A stretch of DNA of 63,227 nucleotides, filler included, from Asterionella formosa (Eukaryota): the NCBI GenBank assembly GCA_002256025.1. It is 16 parts of 16 records of this genome, joined end to end, with 100 filler letters (N's around TTAATTAATTAA, not from the genome) between each part and the next. Parts side by side here need not be neighbours in the genome. Positions count along the whole stretch, not along the records: positions 23,819 to 27,682 come from NKIB01013867.1; positions 27,783 to 31,645 come from NKIB01013868.1; positions 31,746 to 35,607 come from NKIB01013869.1; positions 35,708 to 39,567 come from NKIB01013870.1; 12 more parts are not named here. One strand, given 5' to 3'. Made by a program: the position numbers and the translations under genes. Of the stretch, positions 24,053 to 37,056 are shown in pieces. How positions within the stretch are numbered: position 1 is the stretch's first letter; the number at the start of each line of letters is the position of its first letter. The notes beneath the pieces are model-generated. The model was not told where the DNA came from. It searched no databases and worked only from the letters and a program-made list of their open reading frames with translations.

Positions 24053-25734
24053 CCCCCAGTATATCACTGACTACCTGCTACTGGTACTCTGTATTTATAT
24101 ATGATATATTGTTATTGTCATATGATGTACCAGTACACATGAAGAGCTCCCAACCAAAAAAGGGGCTTAAACAATTTGCTACTACCAAAACCCTGGCGGT
24201 TATGACTTACACCAATTGAATGGTCTAAATAATTAGTTTCAACAGACGTAGAAAATATCGATGCAAACAAATTTCAGAAATAATACCGGTACACGTAGTT
24301 GTGGAAAACAATGGACATATAGTGCATTGAGTATTTTCGAATTATGTATATGCGAATATGATCATCTCAACCATATCAGATGTTCCATATCGAGAACGCC
24401 TTTGAATTTTATGAATGTATAACACTATATATATATATATATATTTACAAATTTTATTACTATATTCATGGCATATATATTTTGAAATCGTTCTGTCCTG
24501 TTAACAAACAATGCCTGCTGCTTCATGAAAAGATACGTCGTAGTAAAGCACATGACAAGAAAAGAAAGTTTACACAATACATAAGGAAAAACATTGTGAC
24601 TTCGACACATTGCGCCTTCGAAGGATGGAGAATGTTTAAGGTAATGAAGCCATCAATGTGGTACTTGGATGACAATTGTTGGGAGGCAGGCAGGACAACA
24701 ACAAATTGTTAACTAAATGCAGCCACATTTCCTTTTTTCTCAGTTGATTCAACAGCTCGTTTCGCTTGTTGGGGAGCACCAATGTAAAACAAAACCAAAC
24801 CAAATTGCGTAAGTGCTCTTGTTGCTCGTTGGACCTATTCACTTCTGTTGGAACAAAACTAACAAAATGTTTACCTTCTCTCAAAGTTAAGATGACAAAA
24901 ATGAACCGGTAAGTTTTATTCGACAACATTGGATACCCGAAACTTACTTATTCAAGAATTTACTGACAAGTTACTATTACAGACTTATGCATAGTTGCAT
25001 TGATTTGTGGTAAGTGAAGCAAGAGGATACGATGGAATTGCGTGTTCTTGTGTCAATGTAACATGACTAGCTAACAAATCATTCTTTCTCATTGTTACTG
25101 TAACTGCATGCATAGGAAAATAAAAACAATCAAACAACGGAATAGTCGGCAAGCTCAGAATGACACTTACAGCAGGGAAAGAGACGCAGCATCAGTAAGG
25201 CACTGCCTTGCACATGATTCAGAAAAGAGGAAGAAATTGTCGAGACAGGAAAAATATACATTGAGCCAAGTAGAGAGAGAAACGTTGGGTTGCTGGCATG
25301 TAGATTAATAGATAGCATTGCTGAATTTTATAGTTAAATTACGATCCATTTCAATCTATTTTGAACAATGCTTGTGATTAGAATTATGATCATGTTTACG
25401 ATAGATTTACGATGAAACAATTCACATGATAGCATAGAGTTGAGCTGATTTTAGGATACGTTGTAGTTATAATTTACATCGGGCGATCACGAGAAGTGAA
25501 AATAATATGAGAAGGTTTATGATATTGATGGGAAATGTTGTTGATCAGTTTATATACATTGTGTGATGATAATGTTCTTATTATCATTATACTTCAAGGT
25601 CGGTAAAATACTAATAAATCAGCATAGTTACAAGATAGCTTGATCATATTTTTGATCCAAAAATTATCATATATACGAAAATTCTGTGCCACTTAGCGTA
25701 CGATACCCTTGATCCTATATGCATGATACTTTTG

Positions 25735-26778
25735 ATTTGCAGGCGATGGAAGGCTGCTGGGAAGAAGGTCATCTTATCTTTTGGTGGGGCAACCATGGGA
25801 GTATCCTGGTCACAATCACCCAATGGATGCTGGGAACAATGCTTTGGCAAGGAGGATTCGGTTGTCAGCCAACTCAATACAATTGTGAGGAATCAAGGTT
25901 TCGATGGTGTGGACATTGACTATGAATACTATTATAATACAGCAACACAACAGAACTTTCTCAAAAAGGTCACAACTGGCCTTCGTGCTACTCTTCCTGC
26001 CGGAAGTATTGTTTCACATGCGCCAATTGATGCGGACCTTTTGCCAGGCAAAGGCTATTACTATGAAGCTCTCAAGAGTGTTTCATCCTCGCTCAGTTTC
26101 CTAAATGTACAGTATTACAATGGCATCACAAATGCTATCACAAATGGACTTAGTGGAACTGGAAATGGAGCATCACAATCTGCTATTTCACACTTTCGAA
26201 GCCTGGTGGACAACTTGTTTGGTGGCAATCCGACAAAAGTGGTGTTCGGTTTTTGCCTCAATGATTGTGGAAAATATAGTTCAAATGGAAAGCAAGCAGC
26301 AGCAGTAATGACGAGTTTAAAGAGTGCCTATCCTTGCAATGGTGGTGCCATGTTTTGGCAGTCTGATAATGTAAACGAAGTTAACACCGCCTGGTCGACT
26401 CCGGTTAGTGTGGTAACTCGCTCATCTACTGGTTGCTCGATCAATCAACCACCCCCTGTTGCTGCACCTACTGTCCCCAACTGGAGCATCTGCATCAAAG
26501 GAGTGTCAACTTGTGCTAATAATTGGGTTTGCTGTGTTGCACCTCCTGATGTTCCGCCCACTGGCAACTCTAGTAGCCAATACTGTTCTACTTCCACGCC
26601 TACTCCTTTTTGATGTGGCAATGCTCAGAGGGGAAATGGAAGGCGCCCAAATGCCAGTTTGTGTTGCAGCCAATATGGTTGGTGTGGCACTGGTTCTGCC
26701 TATTGCGGCAGGCGACGCTCGCTTCTTGGAGGAAACAACAACTCCACAATTGTGATTTCTAGTTTTGAAGCAAACTAG
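25735..26778 (+). pseudogene. GH18 chitinase with a C-terminal hevein/CBM18 domain; 5'-truncated, in-frame TGA at 26611-26613
   Basis: Motifs 'KKVILSFGG', catalytic 'FDGVDIDYE', 'NVQYYN' and 'GGAMFW'. In frame after the TGA comes 'CGNAQRGNG...CCSQYGWCGTGSAYCG', ending at TAG 26778. Confidence 0.85.
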
Positions 26779-28659
26779 ATTTTCAATTCCTTAACAATAT
26801 CGACAAGAGCTATGATGCTTGCTAGCTAGACTGCAATGCAGCAAGCACAAGCTAGATAAGAATATATGGCCAATAGGTATTATGTTGTGTAATCCTCTTG
26901 GAACCCTTCTATTTTTTGGTATGATGGACATCAGTTCCATCCAATGTGCACAGAATCAACTGAGCCTAATTTACACCCTTGAAGTCCAAGGGAAGTGTAA
27001 TTGTCAAGAATTTGTTGCAGGTGCTCATCCTGTTTCTCTTCCTCATTCAGTGTTTAAATATAAATTCATTCTTATTTTCTGCAAAAAAGTACGGTAAGCG
27101 ATTTTCTGTCAGATGATTTCCTCAATAGTATACCAGTATGTTAAAGTGAGCTCATCTACATAGTTAGGACTCGGAGTCAAACGAGTCAAACGATTCGAAT
27201 GAGTCAACTTTGATGTACCAAGCTCTCATCAACCACACATTATACCTTGTTACTCCGACTATAATGAGCCAGACAATATAAGCTATTTCGGAAGACTGAT
27301 AGTTTGAAATGAATGATCATGGTTAAAAACCTATGATCAGTAAGTGTGAGATAGACATGGGTCTATCTATGATTGTATGTTCCTAGAAATACAAACAGCA
27401 TTTGGAGAATAGTTCGTTTGTTTGTTCAAACAGAACAACCTAAACTAGATTAGTAAACTCACAATAAAAATATAGAAACGGAAAGAGAAACAAATGTCTC
27501 TATCTATAGTCTTCTTTGTCTAACGATATAGATCTATACAAAAAGGTAATACTTCAACACCAGTATACATGTAATACTGACTATGGGTGGGTCTCCTGTT
27601 GGAAGCAAGTTTTTGATCATAAAAATCGCATGTAGAAACTTCACCAATCCGGTACACCATCATTAGGGACAATACCAGGTACNNNNNNNNNNNNNNNNNN
27701 NNNNNNNNNNNNNNNNNNNNNNNNNNTTAATTAATTAANNNNNNNNNNNNNNNNNNNNNNNNNNNNNNNNNNNNNNNNNNNNATTATGCTGCTCCGCTGC
27801 AATATTATGCTGCTTTCACCATATTATAAACTAAAGAGTCGCCAATTCCGATTCACTTATTATTTTTTCTGCTCCGACATATTTCTTTGATCTCAACTGG
27901 CAAATAACAACACATGCAAGAGGAAGATTCACACAGTAGAATTCAGTACACGTAGTAGTAGTTGATGTTGTAGACACATTGTTTAGTCATTGTTGATTGT
28001 AGAGATTACAATACTAGCCTACCAGATTAGAAATGAAGCACCGTTGGTCCTCGTTGAGCATCATTGAGCATTGCATGTCTCCGTAGTGAGTCGAAATTGA
28101 GATGTGCCACAATGGCCTTCTCCGTTTCGGGGCAGCTACAAAAATCTACAGCGATAACTCTAGCAAGTACAATGTAGAAAAAGAAGGAAAGGATGAGTAG
28201 CTGACAACAATTTAATTCGTAAAATTGTTCAGAAACAGCTGTTGCATATTTTAACATTCAATGCATGTCGCCGTCGTGAATAAAAATTGAGATGTGCTGC
28301 AATGGCCGTCTCCTTTCCAATTGGCTAGATTACATATATATTCTTAACTGTAGCAATAAAAAATTGGTCGTAAAGGCAAGGGCCAAGGAGATGAGGACTA
28401 ACTTCATTGAATTCAACCAATCCATAGCTAACCTGTATTTTTCGCAATATTTTGCACTTTTTCTGCACACCACCAGTCAATGCACTCCGAAAATACTTGC
28501 TGATGTCTGATTTGACCAATAAAACTCTTAGCAGTTTAGTAGATTGATGCAATGTGGTAGAAAATAATAGCTTTGAGTTTTGGTGCGCCCCTGCTGATGA
28601 AATAACTATCATCACGGCATACTAGCACATCCTATGGTAGTAAATCAAAAATGAGAAGT

Positions 28660-31012
28660 GCCACAATCGCCATCTGCACATCCTGATGTCTCCTCTGATC
28701 AATATATGTTCATTATGAGTATATCGACATTCGCCTGGAAGGCATTGATCTTTTGTACATCGAATACTATGCTGGATAGAAATCAGCCTTAAATTGGTGG
28801 AGAAAGATGGTTTTGAACACTGGTCATGCAGTAGTCCACAAGAACCGAAATTATACACATCCTGATGACTAATTTGATCAATATATGTTCGTTTTGAGAA
28901 TTTCGATATTCGGAATGACGGCAATGATCTCGTGTACATTGAATACTTTGCTGGATATAAATCGGCCATATATTGGTGGAGAAAGATTGTTTGGAATTTT
29001 TTAACGACAGCACTGATGTTCAGTCCACAGCAAGCACCGAAATTTTACAAACCTTCCTGATGACCAATTTGATCAATATATGTTCATTCTGAAAATATCG
29101 ACATTCACCACGAAGGCATTGATCTCGTGGACATCTAATGCTAAGTTGGATAAAAGTCGGCTTTAAATTGGTGGAGAAAGGTGGTTTGGAATTTTTGTTG
29201 CCACAGCACTGAGCTAGTATGATCAGTGCACGACAGCAAGCACCGAAAATTTACACACCCTCTTGGCTGATGACCAACTCGATTTATATATGTTCGTTCT
29301 GAGAATATCGATATTCTAAATGAAGGCAATGATCTTGTGTACATCGAATACTATGCTGGATAGAAATCGGCCTTAAATTGGTGGAGAAAGATGGTTTGGA
29401 ATTTTTGTTTCAACAGCACTGGCTAATGATGAGTCCACAAGCACAGTAAATTTACACATCCTGATGTCTCCTTTGATCAATATATGTCTGTTCTGAGAGT
29501 ATCGACATTCGAAATGACAGCAGTGATCTCTTGTACATTGAATACTATGTTTGATAAAAATCGGCTTTCAATTGGTGGAAAAAGGAGGTTTGGAATTCTT
29601 GTTGCCACAGCACTTACAATCAGTCCACAAGCACCAAAAATTCACTTCACACCATCCTGATGGCCAATTTAATCAATATGTGTTTGTTCTGAGAATCTCG
29701 ACATTTTCCATGAAGACTCTGATCTCTTGTACATCGATAACTTTGCTTGATAGAAATCTGTCTTAAATTGGTGGAGAAAGATTTGGAATACTGGTCATGC
29801 AGCAGCTCACAAGAACCGAAATTTTACACATCTTGATGAACAATTTGATCAATATATGTTCATTCTGAGAATATCATTATTCGAAATGACGGCGCTGATC
29901 TCGTGTACATCGAATACTATGCTGGATAAAAATTGGTCTTACATTAGTGGAGAAAGATGGTTTGGAATTTTGGCAACCACAGCACTGATGTTCAGTTCAC
30001 AGCAAGCACCGAAATTTTGCACACCATCCTGAGGACCAATTTGATCAATATATGGTCATTCTCAGAATATCGCCATTTGCCATGACGGCATTGATCTCGC
30101 ATACATCGAATACTATGCTAGATAGAAATCAGGCTCAAAATGGTGGAGCATGATGGTTTGGAATTTCCGTTGCAACAGCACTGGTCATGCAGCAGTCCAC
30201 AGCAAGCTCCGAAATTTTACACACCATCCTGATGACCAATTTGATCAATATATGTTCGTTCTGAGAATATCGATATTCGGAATGATGGCACTGATCTCGA
30301 GAACCACGAATACTATGCTGGATAAAAATCGGCCTTAAATTGGTGGAGAAGGACGATGGTTTGGAATTTTTGCAACCACAACACTGATGTTCAGTTCACA
30401 GCAAGCACCGAAAATTTACACACCATCCTGATGACCAATTTGATCAATATATGTTCATTCTGAGAATGTCAACAATCGCCATGACGGCATTGATATCGCG
30501 TATGTCTAATACCATGCTAGATAGAAATCAGCCTTAAATGGTGGAGCAAGATGGTTTGGAATTTCCGTTGCGACAGCACTGGTCATGCAACGGTCCACAG
30601 CAAGCACCGAAAATTTACACACCATCCTGATGACCAATTTGATCAATATATGTTTGTTCTGAGAATAACGACATTCGACATGATGGCATGGATCTCGTGT
30701 ACATCCAATACTATTCTAGATAGAAATCAGCCTTGAAATGTCGGAGCAAGATGGTTTGGAATTTTTGTTGCCACAGCACTTACAATCAGTCCACAAGCAC
30801 CGAAAATTTATTTCACATCCTGATGAATAATTTTGAATATTTGTTCTTAGTATATCGACATTCATTATGATGGCATTGATGTCGTGTACATCGAATACTA
30901 TGATTGATAAAAATTAGAATTACATTGGTGGAGAAAGATGGATTGGAATTTTTGTTGCCACAGCACTGATGATAAGTCCACAAGCATCCGAAAATTTACA
31001 CATCCGGATGCC
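28660..31012 (+). repeat. Tandem satellite, about 12-13 monomers of ~176-210 bp
   Basis: The anchor 'catcctgatg...tttgatcaatatatgttc' (or a close variant) recurs near 28679, 28858, 29053, 29262, 29457, 29653, 29829, 30024, 30225, 30424, 30623, 30816 and 31001. Confidence 0.95.
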
Positions 31013-31779
31013 TCGCCTGCTTGTTGATTGGCGTCAGGAGCAGACGAGGGAATGGGAAAACACTAGAACCAAGTGGAGTCGCCATTGTGCAAGAAGCAAG
31101 GCCCAAGATAAATGGAAAGCAGAGAGCAAACAGGCAATCGGTGTTGCACAGTGGCATGAAAAACAGTGCTGCTTTGCACTGCCAACAAGAACTGCAATGT
31201 TACAGCTGTGGACAAGGGTAGTAGAGAGAACAGATATTGTAGTTCGGTTGAGGGGAACCTTATTGGGAATAAAGGTTAATTACAATATTTTGTACTGTAT
31301 GGACGAATAAAACTGGTACTAATTGTGTCCATTTATTCATTTATTTAGGCACGAGTGCGATTATTGGACAGCTTTAACGTACTATAAGATTTGATTGATA
31401 ATTTTTTTACTATTCTATTGTCGTTTCGAGTACATGGACGTTAGCACTCACGCATGTACCGAATCTGGTGGCTACGCCGGTATGGTTCGTACGGCGCATG
31501 TACGGAGTACCATACTCAGTTATTAACACAGGTACCTGGTACATATCATGTAGGGAGTGTGTTGAGAACGGACACAAGGACAGGTGGCTGATGTGGCTCG
31601 TCAGTTTGTCGGATGGTTGGCTCATCCGTCGCTCGTGTAGAAATANNNNNNNNNNNNNNNNNNNNNNNNNNNNNNNNNNNNNNNNNNNNTTAATTAATTA
31701 ANNNNNNNNNNNNNNNNNNNNNNNNNNNNNNNNNNNNNNNNNNNNACCAACAATTCAAGACTTTTTTGCAAACAATCTT

Positions 31780-32069
31780 TCCAATTGTCATCGGCAGTAT
31801 TTCGTCATTGTTGCAAAAATCGGCGTGAGTACTGATGATGATGAGCCAAAGTATATTACTCTAGCTGGTAAATTATCCTACCAAGAAATTTAAATACAGG
31901 AACCTAATAGAAACAAAAATAAAAATTTAATATATGTAGTCAAAAGGGTTACAATTTAAATTACAAGGGCATTTATCAAAATTATTAAATGATAAAACGA
32001 AAAATTATGATCAGATGATAATAACCCCATGATGCATCATAGGAATATGATTGTTTTTATTTGCAGACG
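31780..32069 (-). repeat. Terminal segment of dispersed repeat family A
   Basis: Matches 6790-7097 and the reverse complement of 18597-18900. Confidence 0.8.
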
Positions 32070-33579
32070 TAGGCGTAGTGCTAGCTGCGTAAGGATAAGG
32101 AATTTATAGGAATTATGAGTGCTAAGATTCACAAAACTACAGGTACAGACACAAGCTAAGCGACTTTTTCTTGTCCTCCTGCTGCTTTGGTTCCCTTCTT
32201 ATTTTCTTCCTGTATATGTATTACCAGATGTATAGAAGCAGTCGTCATCTGATGAGTGTTTAATTTCATTTCTTGTTTCTTCAGATATGTATGTAATACT
32301 ACAAGTGCCCCTCATTTTCTTATTGCTACTACCAGGGGTAGTAGTCACATATAACAAGACTCTAGTACTATTTCTATTCTCTAAAAATTTGGTCGCAAGA
32401 TTTGACTATGTTCGCTAGGATTTGGTTGATGTTGTGGGAAAAAATAAGTAAAGCAAATTCGACTTTTGATAAAGAAATTCTCGACTAAGTAGCATGTTTT
32501 GATACTTTCAACTTCAATTGGCTTTGGTTTTTGGTCACTGCAGTGGCGATGCTCTTATAAAAGTAGCAACGACTGAATCTAAGCATATGCAAAGTGGTGC
32601 TGTTGGTGCAAGCTAAACTTACTTTTAACTATTTTTATTTTGTTCTACACAATATCTGGATATAGATACATCATAAATTATTTTGGAAAATACAGATCTC
32701 GCACTGTGTAACTGTGGGACTGCAACCGCCTTGATTCCGAATTATTCGATTTGCCTCTTATCGCCCTTAAGTAAAAATTACTTAAGAATATATTTATAGC
32801 ATAAATAAAAATTAGAAAGAAGTACCGGTACCCGAGTGGCAACACGATAGCTGGAGCGGGAATTACTTATATATATTTTTTTCAAGTTGTACTTTGACAT
32901 ACGGCATATAGTTTGTACCGGGGACCTTTCTCAGTGAATACAGGTAGAACAATCTTGTACATCATTCAAGTCCTTATTCGACCCCATATGCGTTTTCAAC
33001 CTGTTACAGGTTCCCATTCAGCGTCGCATTCTTCATTCTTTTGCATCTGTTCGCTCAGCTCGATTCATTAAATTATTCAAGATATATCCTTAGCTTTTTG
33101 TGTTCTTCGTTGTGACCTCCGGTTTAGATCAGTGACCTCCCTTTATGCCTCACTGTCATGACCCGACTTTCATGTCATAGTGCCAGCTAGGCACAGATAA
33201 CGCTGATCCCCAAAAGTCAATAATGTGTACACTCACCATTCTATGCGCGGATAGCTGTACTGGTAATGCTATGATTGACAACCAAATTCTGTGCAAGACG
33301 CATAGTACAATCATTGTTTCACGGAAATTCTGAATAAAATCAATTGCTCATCACATGTATCAAAGAACGAAAACGAAAGGTATCGAAAGCAATATTTCTG
33401 GAGATTATTTATCATCTGTCCCACATCAACTCTGTACAAGGATTGTATATCGAAAGTCAAGGTATGTCAATTGGTGCAATGCATGATGGTGATGCACGTG
33501 ATGCTCGTTCCCTTGTCCATGCTAACGTACTGAACTGCCAATCATATTCTTCCCGGCCAGATTGTCGCGGATAATTATC

Positions 33580-34914
33580 ATGTCAGATGACCAGGTCAGT
33601 AACAGCAGTTCCTTTGCTGATGACGTTCAAAGCAGCTCCTTTGCTGGTGGCATACTAGGGAGCAATTATTTTGGTCCTATTTTCTTTGTTGTCGCGCTTT
33701 TCCTGTTATTCTGCCTTTGTTCCTCTCAGAAGTTTATCTATCGTCGATCCGGTGTTGAAATGTTACCAGGCTATTTGGGGCCTCGTTTGGCGCAACAACT
33801 TCGACGCCTAGAAATGCTAGATCGTGAGCGGCTCGCACAAAGTCCTGGGCGTTTGACAGATAATCAGCTGATCCGCGAAATGGAAGAAGATAGAAGAAGA
33901 AAGTATCAAGAATTCTTGAAACCATACACAATGGTTGTGGCAGATAACGATTTGATTCTTGGAGAAGTTGATCTCAACAATGCTTGGGTACAGAAAAAGA
34001 TCGAAATCATGGAGCACGGGGAATCAAGCTGGTGGAGCGAAGGATGTAACAGGGAGCCTTGGACAGGAGAGACAGGTGATCTTCCTCAACTGACCAAACC
34101 GGATCGCAAAAACAACGAAAAGGAAATTTTGAAAGAACAAAAGCGTCAAGAAAATGTTGATATTTGCGCAGGTACGGTGGACTCGCCAAGTAACCCGGAA
34201 AATGTATTCAGTGATACTTGTGAAGGTACTGGCGACAAACAGTTTGAAGTATATTCTGAACTTGAGGTCGCGTCATGCCCATTCAACATGAAGCAATTGA
34301 TCATTTCTGCCGATCATGAAGACATGAATACAAAAACGATGAATGGCAATGAAGGTAGTTGTCTAAATGAATATCCAGTCAACAACCAAAGCAGTTCTTC
34401 GAGGAAGTCGGTATACCCGCCACCAGAGCTAATGTTATGTCTACCAGTCACAGATGAGTATGGGCGCACTCGTAAAGTTATTGCTGAATGCGTCATTTGC
34501 ATCATGGAGTATGAAATAGGAGACCAAGTTGTTTGGTCAACGAGTCGATTATGCCAGCACGCCTTTCATACCGATTGCATTCTTGCCTGGCTCAGCAAAG
34601 CCAAGAAACGATGTCCAATTTGTCGCAACTTTTTTGTCCTTACTCAGAGCTTGGATAATGGAAAGGTCGTCACTCAAGAAGAAAACGATTTAGATGCGCC
34701 AATCGGTTTTGTTAATATTTCTGAGGAAGGAAACCGCGAGCAACGGGATTCGACTGCAGATGGTACTCAAACCCGCGAGGAAACGGGTGTTGAAGTAGCA
34801 GGTGAAATGGTGGTGAGTTCGATTCTTCAGCATGGACGGTCTTCGCTCAATTACGAAACCACATCGAGTTTCTTGGAAGTGGGTGTAGAAGCTCAGCTAG
34901 AGGAACAATGCTGA
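33580..34914 (+). CDS. RING-H2 E3 ubiquitin ligase with an N-terminal transmembrane helix (ATL-like), 444 aa
   Basis: TM segment 'IFFVVALFLLFCLC'. RING-H2 motif 'CVICIMEYEIGDQVVWS...CQHAFHTDCILAWL...CPICR'. First ATG at 33580. Confidence 0.9.
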   Translation: MSDDQVSNSSSFADDVQSSSFAGGILGSNYFGPIFFVVALFLLFCLCSSQKFIYRRSGVEMLPGYLGPRLAQQLRRLEMLDRERLAQSPGRLTDNQLIREMEEDRRRKYQEFLKPYTMVVADNDLILGEVDLNNAWVQKKIEIMEHGESSWWSEGCNREPWTGETGDLPQLTKPDRKNNEKEILKEQKRQENVDICAGTVDSPSNPENVFSDTCEGTGDKQFEVYSELEVASCPFNMKQLIISADHEDMNTKTMNGNEGSCLNEYPVNNQSSSSRKSVYPPPELMLCLPVTDEYGRTRKVIAECVICIMEYEIGDQVVWSTSRLCQHAFHTDCILAWLSKAKKRCPICRNFFVLTQSLDNGKVVTQEENDLDAPIGFVNISEEGNREQRDSTADGTQTREETGVEVAGEMVVSSILQHGRSSLNYETTSSFLEVGVEAQLEEQC

Positions 34915-35707
34915 CAACTGACCAACTCAATCATCCATTTGATTATGTTTGGAAAGGTATTGTTGGATTCTCGAGACTTTTAGGAGGCAGTCAATTTGAA
35001 TTGCTCACATGATGCCTTGGAATGGTGAAACACCACCAGTTTGTTGGAGAAGAACTGCATTTATAAGTGCTTGCTTATACTTAGACAACGAATAGCTTGT
35101 TATGTTGTCATATGTCGAATAATTGATTCGTTCTGAACGTTTCTTGCTAACATAAAAACGTAATACATTATTAGAGTACCAGTAGTGGTCTTTTCCAGTC
35201 TAGTTTTACATATTCTGAAATTCTTGATGAAATGCTACCCAAAATTGTATATTGGCCACATCTGCTAATATATTGAACTGAGTAATAGAATAGTCTATAG
35301 ATATAGTGAAGAGCATTATAGGCACAACATATAGAACATTTATACACAGTGGTGATATCGCTTGTTGCGGTGTTTTGCTTCCTGACCAGAAAATACTGCT
35401 TATGAAACCAGGACAGAAAGTTGGTGCCATGTGAACCTATGAATTTTCAAGCCTTCTGACACCAATATCCAAGGGACAAGGAGGAAAGGGATAAAGCGTG
35501 CTGTACTGCCTACTAAGAAAGGATCTATGATTCGCTTATTTTGATAGTGGTACATCCTTGTGCAAGGAAACTTAACTACAGGAACAAAACAATACATATA
35601 ATATTTTNNNNNNNNNNNNNNNNNNNNNNNNNNNNNNNNNNNNNNNNNNNNTTAATTAATTAANNNNNNNNNNNNNNNNNNNNNNNNNNNNNNNNNNNNN
35701 NNNNNNN

Positions 35708-35929
35708 AGCCATTATAGTGCTGAGCCACTTCCAGCACCGAACGAAACCGGGAAGCGAGTACAGACCTTGAAGCTTACCGACTTGGGTCAAGACCTCCCA
35801 GCTAATATGGACGATCAAGTACATCCCGGTTTACAGAAGCGTTTGGAGAAGTGTCACCAAGAGGGTTTCATTGATTGTGTTCGAGAGCATGTATTGGCCC
35901 TTAAGAAGAACAATTCTCGAAACAGCTAA
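35708..35929 (+). CDS. 3' end of an unidentified gene cut by the contig edge
   Basis: Open frame from the contig start: SHYSAEPLPAP...GFIDCVREHVLALKKNNSRNS*. It converges with the next gene. Confidence 0.4.
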   Translation, partial: SHYSAEPLPAPNETGKRVQTLKLTDLGQDLPANMDDQVHPGLQKRLEKCHQEGFIDCVREHVLALKKNNSRNS

Positions 35930-36156
35930 GACACAAAATCTAGGGATGCTGTGAACACAATTTTGAGTGGATGAAATAATCATGGTGACAAGCGACACCT
36001 AATACTACGACGAGGCCAAGGATGACAGCAGTATCGAGCTGGGAGTACTGTGCATAGAATACGGCGAAAAAGCAAATGCCAGAAGTATCTAGTAGCGCAT
36101 TTTGTTTCACAAAGCATCAAGGCTCCTATGGATGAGTACAGTACCTGTGTATAAGT

Positions 36157-37056
36157 CTACCACCTTTGATTGGGCGCTAGACTCCTAGTATCAATGCTCA
36201 TGATATCAGGACTTGAAGTTGAAAGCTTTGTTCGCCGACAATAGAAATAGGCTTTAGTTCCACCAGACACGCCCAAGGCACCTCCAACTCCTTCCTTCAC
36301 AATCAAATTGAAGACTCGATTGTATCCATCGTCTCCGTTCTCTGGGTGAATGAAGGTTTTCGCTGTTCGGTCAGAGTTGTAAAGCAACATTGGCAGTCTT
36401 TCACCAGTAGGTGCAGAGGCAACTTGAATCTTTACAATCTCCCCACGTTCACTACCACCAGCATCGTTCTCTTCTGCATCGCCACTGTCATTGTTTTCTT
36501 TAAAATTAATCACAGCCTGATGAGGTCTCGACCCACTTCTATCAGCAGGAACATCCAAATAGACGTGAACAAATTCATCGATCGGTCCACACTGTATCGT
36601 CCTGGCATCAAGTCCTCGATTCTCCAGAGCTTTCTTTGCAGCTTCCCGGCTATATTGATTGGCAAGTGTGCTAACAGTTCCATCTCCCACCGTAAAGAGT
36701 TTGATCACATCAGCCCCACTTGCTTCGCTAGCTGTTGACGCTGCAGTGACAGCCTTTTTCCATACTTTCTTGACATCATTTAAGTGAATGTCGCTCAAGC
36801 ACGGCTCTGTTTGCGACAGAACTTGGGTAATCTCTTCATGAACAGCGCGCTGACTCGCATCAGGTTTGGCAAACTTTATGGCTCGGACAAGTTCCATCAA
36901 TTCATCCTTGGTGCAGCCTGCTTAGGAGTCGAGTCAGTCAAGGCGGAGCCAAGAGGCGATTCCTTCAGCATCACTCATTTGACGATATCAAACTACATAC
37001 TTTGGATTCATCGTACCTTCGTGCTTCGCTTTCTCGGTGGTGGTTCCTTCCGACAT
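36157..37056 (-). CDS. Uncharacterised protein (~266 aa), two exons, intron 37016-36918
   Basis: ATG at 37056. The GTACGA...CTGAC...GCAG intron joins MSEGTTTEKAKHEG in frame to the 247-aa ORF. The C-terminus reads 'IVKIQV...MLLYN.DR...FI...GGTKAYFY'. Confidence 0.75.

Noticed and set aside
28660..31012. CRISPR-like array (constant body plus variable slot)
   Set aside because: The constant part is ~175 bp and the variable parts are short, related and recurrent. The context is eukaryotic and there are no cas genes.
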